Source: Lingula anatina
Lineage: Eukaryota; Animalia; Brachiopoda
Assembly (NCBI GenBank): GCA_051362555.1
Contig: CM120646.1
Location: forward strand, 16,740,001 to 16,804,000
Direction: 5' to 3'
Length of the DNA stretch: 64,000 bases
Each line of letters starts with the position of its first letter. Position 1 is the first letter of the stretch. The notes under the pieces are model-generated. The model saw nothing but the letters and a program-made list of their open reading frames with translations, was not told the origin of the DNA and did not search any database. Of this stretch, positions 38,551-51,438 are shown piece by piece. The translations under genes were made by a program, and so were the position numbers.

Positions 38551-40238
38551 CAGTGTGTGTGTGTGTGTGTACACGGACATGCATATGTGTGTGTGTGTGT
38601 GTGTGACAGTGTGTGTGTGTGTGTGTGCACGGGCATGCATATGTGTGTGTGTGTATGTGTGTGTAGTTGAATAAGAAAACTTCAAGTTGATATTTCAGTG
38701 GCCCGTGCCTGCCAAACCTTTGGAATGACAGTGTATGGGGTTGTGCGAGGTATACCTGAGAATTCCAAAAAATCTCCTCATGTATCCCACTACAAGTGAG
38801 TTGAAAATGAAAAGAATGGTTATGTATGGCTTAACATTGGCCTTAAATTTCAGAGCCAATTTTTCTTTTAGTGTACAAATAGGGCAAATTAATTTTGACA
38901 AGCTTTTAAAATGTCGAGTGCCTAAAATTGGCAAATTTGCACCCTGAAGCTTAACACCTATTGGTTGAAGATGATTTAATGAAAATGCTCTGCTAATTTG
39001 AATTCAGACTGTTGTCAGAACTGCCAGAAGTTTTCCACAACTGTGATTATGTATGTAACATATTACCCAGTACACCTGAGACCAGAGGTCTGCTGAATGG
39101 AGATGTCTTTAAACATTGTGCTAATAAGGTAATTAAGAATAGAACAATTTTAAATTAACAGCAATGCATACCTTACATTTTTGTGAATGATGGTTTTGGT
39201 TCTTCGTGTACTTGTATCAGTGCCCCCCCTCCATTTTTTCTGCATGGATTGAAAGAAGGATGTATTCTTTCTTCAGAAATCGGTATTCATAAATGTTGGA
39301 AGAGGAGATGTAGTGGATGAAGACACCATTGTAAATGCAATAAGGTGAGGAAAAGTTGAGAAGAAAGATAGTGAAAGATTTTTCTTTGAGTAATTATGTC
39401 ATAATCATTGCAGTTACTGTAAATTAAGGAAAGTCAGCTATAATAGCTGAAAGTAACATTAAATGCAATAAGGTAAGCTGTAGAATGATCTGGCGTCACA
39501 CCTTGTTCCTGTATCATCTAATACATTGAATCACCTTTTCAGTCTCACCTAACACAATCTGTAATTTCAACCATCTTGTCTCATCCAACACAATTGCTGT
39601 GATCTTAGCTGACAAGTCTCACCTAACACAATTTCTGTGATCTTGGCTTTTATGTCTCATCTAAAACAGTCTCTGTGATATAAGTCATTTTATTACACCT
39701 CCTACAACTAACTGATCAGAACTATCTGTGTGATTTCAGCCAAGGCTGGCTGTCAGGTGCTATACTAGATGTGTATCCAGAAGAGCCTCTTCCTGCCAGC
39801 AGTAAGCTCTGGACCTGCCCTGGTGTCACACTCAGTCCACATGTAGCGGCTGTCAGTTTTGGATGGCAGGTCAGTCCCTCTCTTTTAGATATATAATTAT
39901 TTGGCTACATAAAAACTATAGGGAAGAGAAAAATACAGTGAGGTTATGTACTTTAAGAAACAGAAATGCAAATGAATAAAAAGAATAAAAAATATGAAAA
40001 ATTATGTTAACTCACTCTCTCTTTCTCTCTCTCTCTCAACCAAACAGCGCATGGACAGAATGTTCCTCACACATTACATGCAAAAGCATTTATGGAAATA
40101 TCAACTGCACCCTCTGAATTCTTTGAATGTGTCATAATCTTTTACTTTTAGGTGGCAGAAGTGGTCTGTGAGAACTATGAAAGATATGTCCAGGGACTGC
40201 CACTCAAGTACCAAGTCAGCTGGGAGAAGGGATACTAA
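35525..40238 (+). CDS. Glyoxylate/hydroxypyruvate reductase A-like D-isomer-specific 2-hydroxyacid dehydrogenase (~342 aa)
   Basis: Exons: 35525-35666, 36512-36640, 37023-37194, 37897-37979, 38699-38795, 39008-39128, 39277-39344, 39740-39869, 40152-40238 (1029 nt, ends TAA). Motifs WAG, MAEY, Rossmann GLGEIG, LPSTPET, NVGRG, LDVYPEEPL, PHVAA and C-terminal KGY. Confidence 0.9.
36072..36196. mobile_element. 125-bp foldback MITE with 9-bp TSD (Mutator-like)
   Basis: About 50-bp inverted arms: TAGCACGAAAATTCATGCGTTAGCACTCCTA... and ...TAGGAGTGCAAACGCATGAATTTTCTTGCTA. Direct repeat AGTAAAGCT at 36063-36071 and 36197-36205. Confidence 0.75.
37308..37621. mobile_element. Foldback MITE with ~100-bp inverted arms
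   Basis: The left arm (TACCAGACTCGGCA...TACCCGTTTTCAAGG...TCAGTACG) is the reverse complement of the right arm (CGTACTGA...CCTTGAAAACGGGTAG...TGCCGAGTCTGGTA). Confidence 0.75.
38219..38663. repeat. Compound satellite: (TG)n interspersed with GACA and ACACGGACATGCATA units
   Basis: Directly visible higher-order repeat; it is the source of the HT-rich and CV-rich ORFs. Confidence 0.95.
39540..39740 (+). repeat. Degenerate ~35-40-bp tandem repeat ending at a splice acceptor
   Basis: Units of GTCTCAYCTAACACAAT..CTGTGATYTYAG, about 4-5 copies. The last, most degenerate unit ends in the acceptor used by GhrA-like exon 8. Confidence 0.65.
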
Positions 40239-40316
40239 AGCGTGGAGGGAGAGAAGGGATACTTAGGTGTGGAGTGGGAGAAGGGATACTTAAGTGTGAA
40301 GTGGGAGAAAGGATGC
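40221..40316 (+). repeat. ~27-bp tandem repeat beginning in the last codons of the GhrA-like gene
   Basis: GGGAGAAGGGATACT occurs about 4 times; the first copy encodes WEKGY-stop. Confidence 0.8.
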
Positions 40317-43024
40317 ATTTTTTTTTAGACAAAATATTGAAAATATAAAGCTAGCCAGACTAAGCTTCTCTTCATGATTTTTATGAAATCAATACTATAT
40401 ACTAGAGCACTTTTTTTTACCATATCTTTTATATTGACTAATAAAGTGACTAACTTTTATTAAATTTATTTATTAACTTATGGACCTGCCGGTGAATATG
40501 CAATTTTTATAAAATCAGTTGTTATTTTTCATATTTAATTGCAATGATATACCAATTTTGACTCTGTGGAAATCTAATGGGAAGATTTATGGTCAGAAGT
40601 AATGAAACATTAACTAGATTTTAAATCACGTAACAACAGACAGTATTTCTAATTTTGATATTTGTATAGACTCAGCTGTCCAATATTGCCTTAAATTTTG
40701 CCATGCCTTTTGAAATGTAATTGGAATTTAAGCATTTGCTTGTTTATATACATATATGCTAGCTATGCAAATGGTAAGTGGGCAATGCTTTATCAAAACA
40801 AATTATCAAAATATTTTTGATGCTTTTTCATTGTCAGCTTTAAAGGGAAAACAGCTCTTTATTTAGGCAAGGAAGTGCCATAAAACAAATTTTCCTGGGG
40901 TAAACAAAATATTTCTGATTTATTATGTGTTGTTAAGGTTGTTATTATAAGTGTTCTTATGGAATTTTCATCCCATATGAACAGTTGTTATCCCTTTAAG
41001 TTTCGTCATACGTTATGAATTCTTTTCAAGAACATTTTAGTTCTTTTCAAGAGCATTTTCTTAATAGATTTGGACTTTTTGGTCCAATCTATACTCTAGC
41101 CCAATTGTGGCCATCAGTTTTAATTAAAATATACATTTAATAATCACAACATTCCTGTTCACCCGTTGACAAAAGTGCATGGGTAAAAGTATTACAAGTC
41201 CCCTGTGGATCCCCACCCTCCCCTGCCAAGTTTCACAGATTGAGTTTCTACTAACCTCTGCAGGGATGAGACTGCCATTCAGTGAAAAAGTCCAAAAATA
41301 TGGCATGAGGTCCAGGGGTCTGCCAATGCCAATGGTATTTTTGGCTCCTAAAAAGTCAGAAATTTGCTGATAGTCAGGGAAAAAAATCTCAACCTCTCAT
41401 CTGAACTTCAGGGTGCCTGCAGAATGATTTGCAAAACTTTAACACCATTTTTGTCTTCCAACTGCCACTGGAGCAGTGTTTTTATTGCAAAGAAAATTTG
41501 AAAGGTATCGCAATGATACATTGAAGAAAATAAATATCTCAAATTGAGATTGCCCATTTACAAATGCAGTAGTTGTTCATTGTCAGTTGTACATTTAAAG
41601 CTTTACACAGAAAGGGCACTTGTTCTCATGTCACTTGAAGATAAAGTGTTTTCTATCTGGCTTGTACACAACACCATAGATCTTGCAGGTTGGCTTACAA
41701 TTACCAACAAAAAAGTTAAATTATTGTCACAAGTGAATTACAATTTGATGATCTGTAACTTTTAGCATAGATGAATATCTTAAATCAAATATGTCACACT
41801 GAAATTGATTAGATTTAAATAGTACAAACGATCCAATAATTGTGAAGAATAATGATATATAAATAGTTGTAATGTACAAAACATGCATTGTATAATAATA
41901 TATAATTCTGAATTATCTTTGGGCAATGTATGGACGGAATGAAACAAAGTTCATTGTCAAATTGTAGACACTCAGCAAATTAAAAAAGCATGACAACTAT
42001 GTACATAAATATAAATGATAGTCCAATTATTAGCAATACATTAACAGCCTCATATATATATATACATACTGTTCAGCATACAACACAATTTTTAATGCTA
42101 AAGGACATTTAGTTGAAAGTATCACCTTAATTTTTGATATGTTTGTCTGGCCTTCAACATCTTTTACTTCAACTTATCGCTTATACCTGTCACTAAACAT
42201 TCTATTAAGTTGAAAAAGCAGTCAAATTGTGTTTGGAATGGAATGGTGGAATAACGGTATTTCTAATCAGCTGCTTCAAATGAAGATCAAATAATCATTA
42301 TGGGAAGAGTGAAATTAACACCGAAATTGAAGTTTAGCATGACTTAAAGCCTTGCTGAAACACCCAGCATGTTCTTTTTTAATGGAAGAAGAGCAACCAT
42401 TATGCTTCTTACCTCTTAAAAGACAAAGAACTTGACACAATGATTAAAAACAAAATGAAGAGACAATTGCCTCAGTATGAAGCAGAGAACAACATATAAT
42501 TGTCCTCTTGACAGATCTACAAAAATAATCTAGGGATTTTTTTTTTACAACAATAAAAAATAACAGAATACTTGAGACAATTACCAAACATACTTTTCAA
42601 CATATTTATATTAACAGCTGTAGTCCTTCAAGGTTAACTTTCTGTCTTCATTTATTTCTTACTGATATAGGCATTATCAGCACTACTCAATATCAAAATA
42701 CCCCTGTTATCACACTTGGTGACAACTTTAAGCAAAATGACTGATGTACCGGAGGCCGTGTTGTGTATTTTGCTACGTACATATATATAATACCATGTCA
42801 TAGATGATCTGTTTTAAACATAATCACTAGGTGAGAGATGGTAACAGAAAAAGAGTCTGGGCTCATGCTAGCAGACTTGCAATCACCACTGGCTACGTGA
42901 CTCCACATGGCGAAAGGAAATAAAAATAATTATTCGCCTTCTTAACTAATTTGTCATCCATCAATTCATTGTAAGTGTTTGAATTGAAATAAATAACCAA
43001 GTAAGTATAATAACCAGAGGGCTT

Positions 43025-44410
43025 TTATGACTTGGTAACTCCAACCATCATCTTTGCTATCTTAGCATCATTGTTAGCGATATTGGACTTCACAGCAGCG
43101 ATAAGGTCAAGCTGGTCAGAGATGGCAGCGTCCAGGTCAGTCAACTGGACTTTGAGGGGTTCTATTGAAGATTCAGTGATACTGAAATGAGGAATTTAAT
43201 TTAAGAAATTAAACAGCTAGACTTCATCACTAAAACACATATCAGACAAAATCCAAGATGCATTAAAAATTTGAAGAACCTAGGCCACTGACTCGGCCCT
43301 CAGAGAAAATTGTCCAAATTGACCAGTTAACAAAGTGAATTGGTAGAGAATGAAACAAGCCCACACTCTGTGATCAAAATTGATTTAAATCATAAATATT
43401 TGTCTATGGCTAACATGATTTTTTAATTCAACAAAATATGCATGTGTTATAATATTAAATGTATGAGATAATGACCATGTTAGCACAACACTTACTTTTG
43501 CTCTCTTTTTAATGCCAGAGCATGCTCTTTGTTTTCTTTCTTCCACATTGCTAATTCTTTCTGCATGGAGTCCAAATCTTCTTGCACATAGTCCATGATT
43601 TTACCTGAAAGGAATAACCATAGGTCAATATTATTTTTACCACATTAAGTAACAATCGTGAATTATAAATGGCATATTTGAGCCCTTTATACATAAACTG
43701 ATGACTTAAAAGAAATTGTGTACTACAAAACAACATGTTCCTTACTTACCTAAAGGATTTGCACTTCTCGTTAGTGTTTGAATGCTTCCCCGTAGCTTGT
43801 CAATTTCCTTTTGTACCATCTCTCGTTCTTTTCTCCTGGCTGCGTCTGAGATCAGAGGCTTCTCCTACAACACACAAGACCAAATAATATTTTCTTCTAG
43901 TCTGCCCAAAGATGGATCTCCATAACCCATTTTAAAAATAATCTACATTTATTGGATCAATATGACAAAGGTGGTTTTTCATTGTCATGGCTATTGGATC
44001 CTAGCAGTCTTAAAATTCTTGTGAAACAGCCCCCTGGAACTTAGGTGAGTTAGCGATATTACCCACCTGTTCCTTTTTGACTGTCTGATTTTTCTGTCCT
44101 ATCTGACTGCCTCCCTCCAGCTCCTTCCTCGTCTCCAAGATCTTCTTCACAAGACCGCCATGCTCACCGTCTGTCTCAGCCTCAGTTTGGGAGGAGGTAG
44201 GTGGGTCAAGGTCAATTGGAGGTGGAGGGGCAGAGTCCTCGACGACAAATGTGTCATCTTCATCATCATCTCCGCCATCATCCACAATGAGGTTAGATAC
44301 AGGCTTGCCACTGCCAATTCTTAAATGAAGAGGGTTGTTCTTTGGAATTTGTTTCTCAGTATAGTTTCTCTTTTGTGGTTTTGGATTTTATCTTTGTGTA
44401 GTGTGATTTA

Positions 44411-44449
<39 letters not shown>

Positions 44450-47400
44450 CACGCTTCCAAGACCCTTCGAGCAAGGTGCAATAAATTTGGAAAAATAATC
44501 TAGCCAAATAAAATTTTCTATTCAAATAAGCTCTCTAATACATCCTAGTAACAGAATTATATAATTAGTTTACCTCATAGCTGGCTCTTCTGTCACAGCT
44601 TCTTGTCTCTTCACTCTAGGGGGCGCTGGTCTAGCACTGCTGGGTCTTGCCATTTTACGTCTGAAAGGAAGCAATTTCTTTTTTTTCTTCTTGCACACCA
44701 AACATCTACATTTTCATAACTTTAGAATGACGTCATAAACATTAAACCTTCCAAAGATCATAAGACTTGTGTTAATTTTGAAGCTCAGAATCAAGTTTGT
44801 CATAATGGCGAATATGCAGTTAAGGCAAAAAAGACTAAATACAAGACCACAAAAATAGCCAGAACTTACGATGCAGCAACTTGGGGTGGTAGATCAGCCT
44901 CATTCATGCTTCCATTTGTCTCTGCTTCCTCTTTCTTCTGTTTCTCCTGTCTCATTCTCTCATCTTCCTCATCTGAAGAGAAAAAAAAACTTTCTTAAAA
45001 GTTACTTTTTCACAATGAGCACTACGACAAGCACTCTTATGAACCCTTGTGCAATCTACTCTACAACTTTAACATTAAAATCCTTTAAATAGGGTCTTTG
45101 GGGCAACTGTGGACTGCACAAGGGTTAAATCAACCATCAGTTGTGAAAGACAAAAAGTAAATATCTCTAATTCAAAGGCATTTCTCTATTTGCATTTACA
45201 CCTATCTCAATTTCAACTAAAGCTAATGAATAAAATCGACTTCAAAATGATCATCCATTACAGCAAACTTTTGTATCTAAAAATATTTCCACTCTGCCTA
45301 AAAAATCTAATAAGCAATCTGTCGCTCTTGAAAATGAAATTCTATGAACTCTAAATCAATAACAGCAACAAAACTATACATACAGATCTAAGAACCAATT
45401 GATACCATATTTATCTGATACAATCTGTATTTTAAGAATTCCATTGGGTATCAAATTAACAAATGCAAATGTATTAATTACTTTCAAATTTTTGGGGGTC
45501 ACTCAGGTGCACAAATGGGACACATTTGAATCTGCAGCTTTTTTATGTCATCAAATTATCATCAACAGCTTGGAGAAAAACACTAGCTAATCCAACTTGT
45601 TAGGTTTTATCTTCTTTTCAGTTTTTAAATATTCACTTTTTTCACATGCTTCAGACTGTCAGTTTTAATGAAAAAATATTCTTGATAAAGTAACAAAATG
45701 TTTTTGTTTGTTAAAAAAAAAAAAAAAGCTGCAGATATCTGTGTGCCCAAATTTAAATTCAAAACTGGCCATAAATATTTCAGGTAAGATGTTAAGACTG
45801 GTCAAAATGGTCAAACAATGACCACTCCTAATCATCTCAACATATGACCAAGTTGTTTGCTCTATGTGAAAGGGGAGAACACTGCATCATCTTGCTCCAA
45901 TTTGCCATTCTGTGACTAATTTCTTGAAAATTTCATTCATTTCTTCATACATATATTCCTTTCCCCAAAGAAAATAAGTATTTCGAAAGCGTAAATGTAT
46001 AACAATGATGCAGTCTCGTTTCAAGACAAGGTGTTCCTTGTAACATGATCCCATGTGCATAATGAAGAAATTATTTCCCTTTCCAAGATTTTTTTTTTTT
46101 TGCCAAGCACTGTATTTATTGTGAAATGCTATGCCAGAATATAAGTTCACATCATAACCTTTTCCTCTCTCTGCACAAGTGATCATGCATTGTAGGAAAC
46201 ACCTTCAGATCTTGGAATTCCCCATAAAGTATACATACCTCCATCCTCCCCATCGCTAAGCCGTATTCTGCCTGTAAAATCACAGCAAAACAAGAACATG
46301 CACAAAGTTAGTGCACAAAACACAGCAACCAGGTGGGCGTGTGGGTGTGAGTGTGGTAGTCACAGGGGGAAAACACAGGAGTTCTTAAAATTATCTCTGT
46401 AGAAGTTGAAGATATAGAGCATCTTCCATGATTTATCAAAATTCTACTTTACAACGTAATCCATTTTTTTTTTCAAACTTGAAATGATTTATTAATCATC
46501 TACATTTTACTTTAAGGACAATTTCATTGGATACCAAATTAAGAAAATATAATATACATGTGCTCATTACAGTCAGCTACACAAACATGACACCTTTGAA
46601 CCTGCAGCTTGCTGATGACACCATATTAGCAAACACCACCTTCCAATGAAAAAGTAAATAGCCAGTGGATATACAGCCAAAATATTCAATCCCCTTTAAA
46701 AATTATGCCGAGACCTCACAGAAGCCAAAACTTCGCCCCCCCCCCCCCCCACTCTAGAGAACTGTAACCTGCCTAAAATACAGACCATCAGAGAACTTGT
46801 GAGATCCCCCTGCTTCAGTTGTCTGTATGTTGTGAAGAGTGTGAGGTAGTTATTTAGTGAAAGCATTAAACAATATAGTGATATGAAACAGAACAAAATG
46901 ATATTAGTCTCTGGCTGAGGGAATACTTCAATTTGTGATTAACTGTAAAAACATTTTGACTTTTACTATAGATTTGTTTTTTTTAATAATACCTCACAAA
47001 AGGAAAGTTTTTAAAGTCTGAATTCAGACTCTAGTAAGTGTCTAAATTGATCCTTCTTTTAGTGAGATAAATACATTTTCATTTACAGCATTAACACAGT
47101 TTCAGGGCTACTCAGCATAACTCTTATTATCTTCTGCTTTCAACTGTAAAACATTTTCCTTTCTTTTTCTCCCACCAATAATTTGTGATACACTTTCCCA
47201 AATGCATTCCCTCTTAACCAATTTAAGCAATCTATTAATTATTTAATGAACATAAATTATTCACATACATTTACTTAATACTGTGCATGATAATTTACAG
47301 TAATGGTAATAAAACAAAAATAATTATACATTAATAGACCGAGTGTGTTGTTATATTTCAGTGGTGAATTCGGTGTTAATAACAATTATAATACAAAGTT

Positions 47401-50400
47401 ATTCCATGTGCTTGCCACAGCATCCCACAGGAGCAGCATGTGCCAACAACAAGAATACCATCACCAACAACAACACCAGTAACAGCAACAACCAACATGC
47501 AGCAACATTAACAGTGATTGTGCAAGAGACATGCATGAAGTGGGAAGAGAAGAAAGGGACCAGGGGTAGAAGCTTGGACCACACTTAATTAACACTGGCC
47601 ATGAACCAGTTACTAGACAGCAAGCCAACTCTGAAAACTTTTTCACAGACAGCTGGGCTGCCATTTCTAATATTCCTATAAAGAGGTCTTAAGAATAAGA
47701 ACAATTCCACTTGTCCATTCATCCATCAGTTTACGAATTTCAGCCCATATAAACTTGCATGATCTATGCAACAGGTAATCTACAATAACACCTGCAGTTT
47801 TGCATGCCATTTCTACAGGAAGACTTCCAGGCTACCTTTCATGCACACCTAAGCTACTGCTGTCAAACATGAAGCAACAACATTTTTTAAAATTTATGAC
47901 TAATGCACCCAGACAAAAAATATATCATCATTTCCAGACCAAACACTGATATGTACACATTTAGTTTCTATGGGACTCCAATCTTCATCTTTACATCTAA
48001 TGCAACTGCATGCATTTGGGACCATGCAATTTACACCCCCCTCGTCCAAATTTTTGTTACAACACAGAGCTTGCAACATGTAATACAATATCCTTTTCTA
48101 TGTTTTTTTGTGGTTTAAAATTGACAAAGAAAATGTAACCCAGGAAACTGAAGCCTAGCATCACCTTATCAAACCAACTTTAAACAAATCCTTTAAACAA
48201 ATAGCTTTGACTTCCTTGAAACCAACTCTTGATTTAATTTAAGTTTTCTGGAATCATGAAATCAGTGATAAAATATGAATTTTTTCTCTTATTTTCTGGC
48301 TCTCTGTTATGTAGAAAATTTATCAAAAACCTTCAAATCAAACTTCCAAGATAAATATTCAATACCCATTGAACAATATGCTTCATTTATCAAAAGTAAG
48401 CATTTTGAACTGAAATGTTTACAATTATTGTTCTCTCACAGCACTAAAAAATGGTTTCCAAGTACAATCAGCTTCCTGCATATGTAAGGGAATCATGAAA
48501 AACTACCCATAATCCCTTTCTTCTGTTAGCAAGATGCGTCAGGCAAATCACCACAGCACATCAGGTGGGAGGCGAGGGACAAAGGGGAAATACATACCAT
48601 CTTTGTGCCGCCTTCGAGACCCTTTGGCCGAGGATGGCCTTGGAATGCGTGCTGGAGGTTCCTGTAAAACAGGTGTTGCGAAATGCTATTTATTAATACA
48701 CCATCAGTTGGTGTATATAAACTATGAAATTTGACTTGATATGATTATGATTGGCCAAACATAAAACAAAAACCTATGCTCTCATGGCAAATAAAGGAAT
48801 GTGAGATGGTGTCAAAAGGCTGATCAAGGTTTAAAACAAAGGGCTATAGCAAGTCATAACTTTATCTGATAAGGAAATATAAATGCATGAGTTGTAACAT
48901 TATATCTTTTGTGAAAAAAAAAGAGGAGAAAATATACCTCTTCATTCTGAGTCTCTTCTGTTGTGCCATTTACTATAGGCTCCTGATTTTCTTTACGACT
49001 TTCATCATTTGCCTACAATCATATAAAAAGTATATGTTATACTGTGAAATGTAACAATATGACAGACTTGCAATACTGATTGTGATACAGACAATACAAT
49101 ACAATATTGTAATGCAAAGCAAAATTCATAAATTTAACCAAAAGAGAGCATTAAAAAAACTTTATCCAATTCAACAATATGCAAATTAATAACCCTTTTC
49201 AATTTTTTTTGAAATTAAAAAGGAATATAAATAAAAACTTCACCTTTTCTTTTTCTCTCTCCTTTTCTCTATCCCTGTCACGATCTTTTTCTCGAGATTT
49301 TTCTTTCTCCCTATCTCTTTCTTTATCTCGATCATGCCTGTCTCCTCTATCTTTATCTCTGTCTCTTTCTTTATCTCTATCTCTGTCCCTATCTCTGTCT
49401 CTATCTCTATCTCGAGATTTTTCCCTGTGTTTGTCTCTATCCCTGTCCCGATCTCTATCCTTGTCCCGGTCTCTATCCCTGTCCTTGTCTCTATCCCGGT
49501 CTCTCTCCTTATCTCGATCTCTGTCTTTGTCACGAGACTTTTCTTTAGCACTTTCTTTGTCCCGGTCTCTACTTCTTTCTCGATCCTTACTTCTTTCTCT
49601 ATCTTTACTTCTCTTGTCCTCGTCCTTTTTCTCCTTAAGATAAAAATATGTTAAAGATGAGTATTAAAATCTACTTAGTTCTTAAAAGTCATTTATATTT
49701 TTCAGTTCACAAGATAAACTTGTTTGGAACACTGACAAATAAAAAAAAAAAAACCTTTGTGATTTTTTAATTGGCACTGCTGTCCATTAGTACTGAAAAT
49801 AAACAATACGGTGAACTTAACACTTACATCTTTCCCTCTGTCTTTCCTACCACTAGATGGCTTTCTGTCGCCTTTGTTAAATTTATCTACATATTCATCA
49901 TTATTAACCTGAAACAGAGTAAAAATAAATGTAAATACCAGGGCACACTGAACAAAACAGCACCTTAATTTGTGCAGTGAGCAACACTTAAAACAGGAAC
50001 CCTCACTTCATTTTATCATGCATAAGTCAAGTGTCAAGGCCTAACGTATCTAATGCCTTGCATGAAAAAAAACAGACATTAATACAGACAATCCAAAGGG
50101 TGTGACATTTGCCTAATGACTAAGCAAGAAGTGTCAGAAAAATATTGTGGTCGATTTCATTAACAATGGCATTTTCTCAATATTTCTTGCCTTTTTGCCA
50201 ATTGCCTCTGCAAGGGCTTGAAGAAACTCATTGGTTTTCTCTGGCTCATGTCCTGCTACTATTTTGACTGGTTTAGCATCCAACTGACGGCCTAAGACCA
50301 TGCCTTAAAAGTAAATTCAAGCATGTTAAAGCAATTATGACTACAAACTTTCAACCAAATTCTACATGATATTCTGCTTAGTTTCTATGCCATGTGTGAT

Positions 50401-51242
50401 AATATCTCAATTACATAAATGATAAGATACTAATGCACATAAACCTTTTAAAAACTCTTTTAATGAAAAGTGATGGGCTGAAATTTTAAGTACACAGAAG
50501 TGACACTTACCAACAAAGTCTATAGATTTTTGTAAAAATGCCATTTTACTATCTTTGTCCTAAAAAGTAGAGAAAAATGAAAGAGTCTATGATGAGCAAT
50601 TTTTTTAATTATTTGAAGCACCATTCATCAAACAACTTAGAAGACATCATTACAACATCCAGGCAATTGCTTCACCACAAAAATCCTTAAATTAAATGCA
50701 AAAGTTATGACAGTATCAAAATCCATCAAAAGTGTAATTTGCAAACTATATTGAACAGATAATGCTGACATGACATTTAGCAATGATGTTTTACCTTGAC
50801 ATTGTCAGAATTCATCTCTGAATCTGTATATAAGCCTTTCATGAACCCTGTATTTTTTATCACCTGAAAAATAAAGACAAACGTTATGTATTGAATGGTA
50901 CGCATTGAAAGAAAAAAGAAAAGGGGAATAAGCGTTAATTTTTTAATGTTGCATTATTAGATGATGAAGCAACAGTACTAAGAAGAGCCCTTTTCTCCAA
51001 AACTGGAACTTTTAAAACTGCGTTAATATGACCTAATGAATCATAACATGAGGTAAAACAAATAATAGCATACTACGCTGGACAGAGCTCTTGACCAATA
51101 TCTCAAACATCCAACTTACCGAAGTCATGACATCGTGAAGAAATCTAAACGGTGGTTTCGATAACAGTTTTTCTGTTAACGGAGGTTTCTTTATCAATTT
51201 GCCTAAAGAATCCTGAGTCTTTTTTATAAGTCTGTCATTCAT
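43025..51242 (-). CDS. TRAF3IP1: TRAF3-interacting protein 1 / IFT54 (MIP-T3)
   Basis: Exons (minus): 51242-51120, 50863-50795, 50559-50511, 50303-50191, 49908-49828, 49633-49244, 49012-48938, 48661-48598, 46271-46239 (cassette candidate), 44972-44870, 44660-44574, 44319-44067, 43864-43750, 43604-43496, 43181-43025. N-terminal [20 protein letters not shown] and [13 protein letters not shown]; R/D/K/E-rich linker; [11 protein letters not shown]; [11 protein letters not shown]; C-terminal coiled coil [23 protein letters not shown]. Confidence 0.95.
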
Positions 51243-51425
51243 CTTGAGTCTCTAACTGTTAACACACTTAAAACCAACAAAGTACACCAATTACGCAAAA
51301 GGACTTGTCAAAACTTCTATGATTCCACAACATAGCACTACATTATTTTCTTCTGCTCGGAATTCCATCCCATAATATCCAAACATTGACCTGCGCAATG
51401 CATACATCCGGCTGGAAAGCTTGGT

Positions 51426-51438
51426 GTTGCCATGCAAC
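51426..51438. promoter_or_regulatory. RFX X-box-like motif upstream of IFT54
   Basis: GTTGCCATGCAAC lies about 185 bp upstream of the TRAF3IP1 ATG and is one base short of the consensus GTTGCCATGGCAAC. RFX factors are established regulators of IFT genes. Confidence 0.65.

Noticed and set aside
38112-38685. Long HT-rich and CV-rich ORFs
   Set aside because: They are translations of the (TG)n satellite inside a GhrA-like intron.
49179-49654. SL-rich plus-strand ORFs and an alternative-frame minus ORF
   Set aside because: These are antisense or off-frame shadows of the TRAF3IP1 charged-repeat exon.
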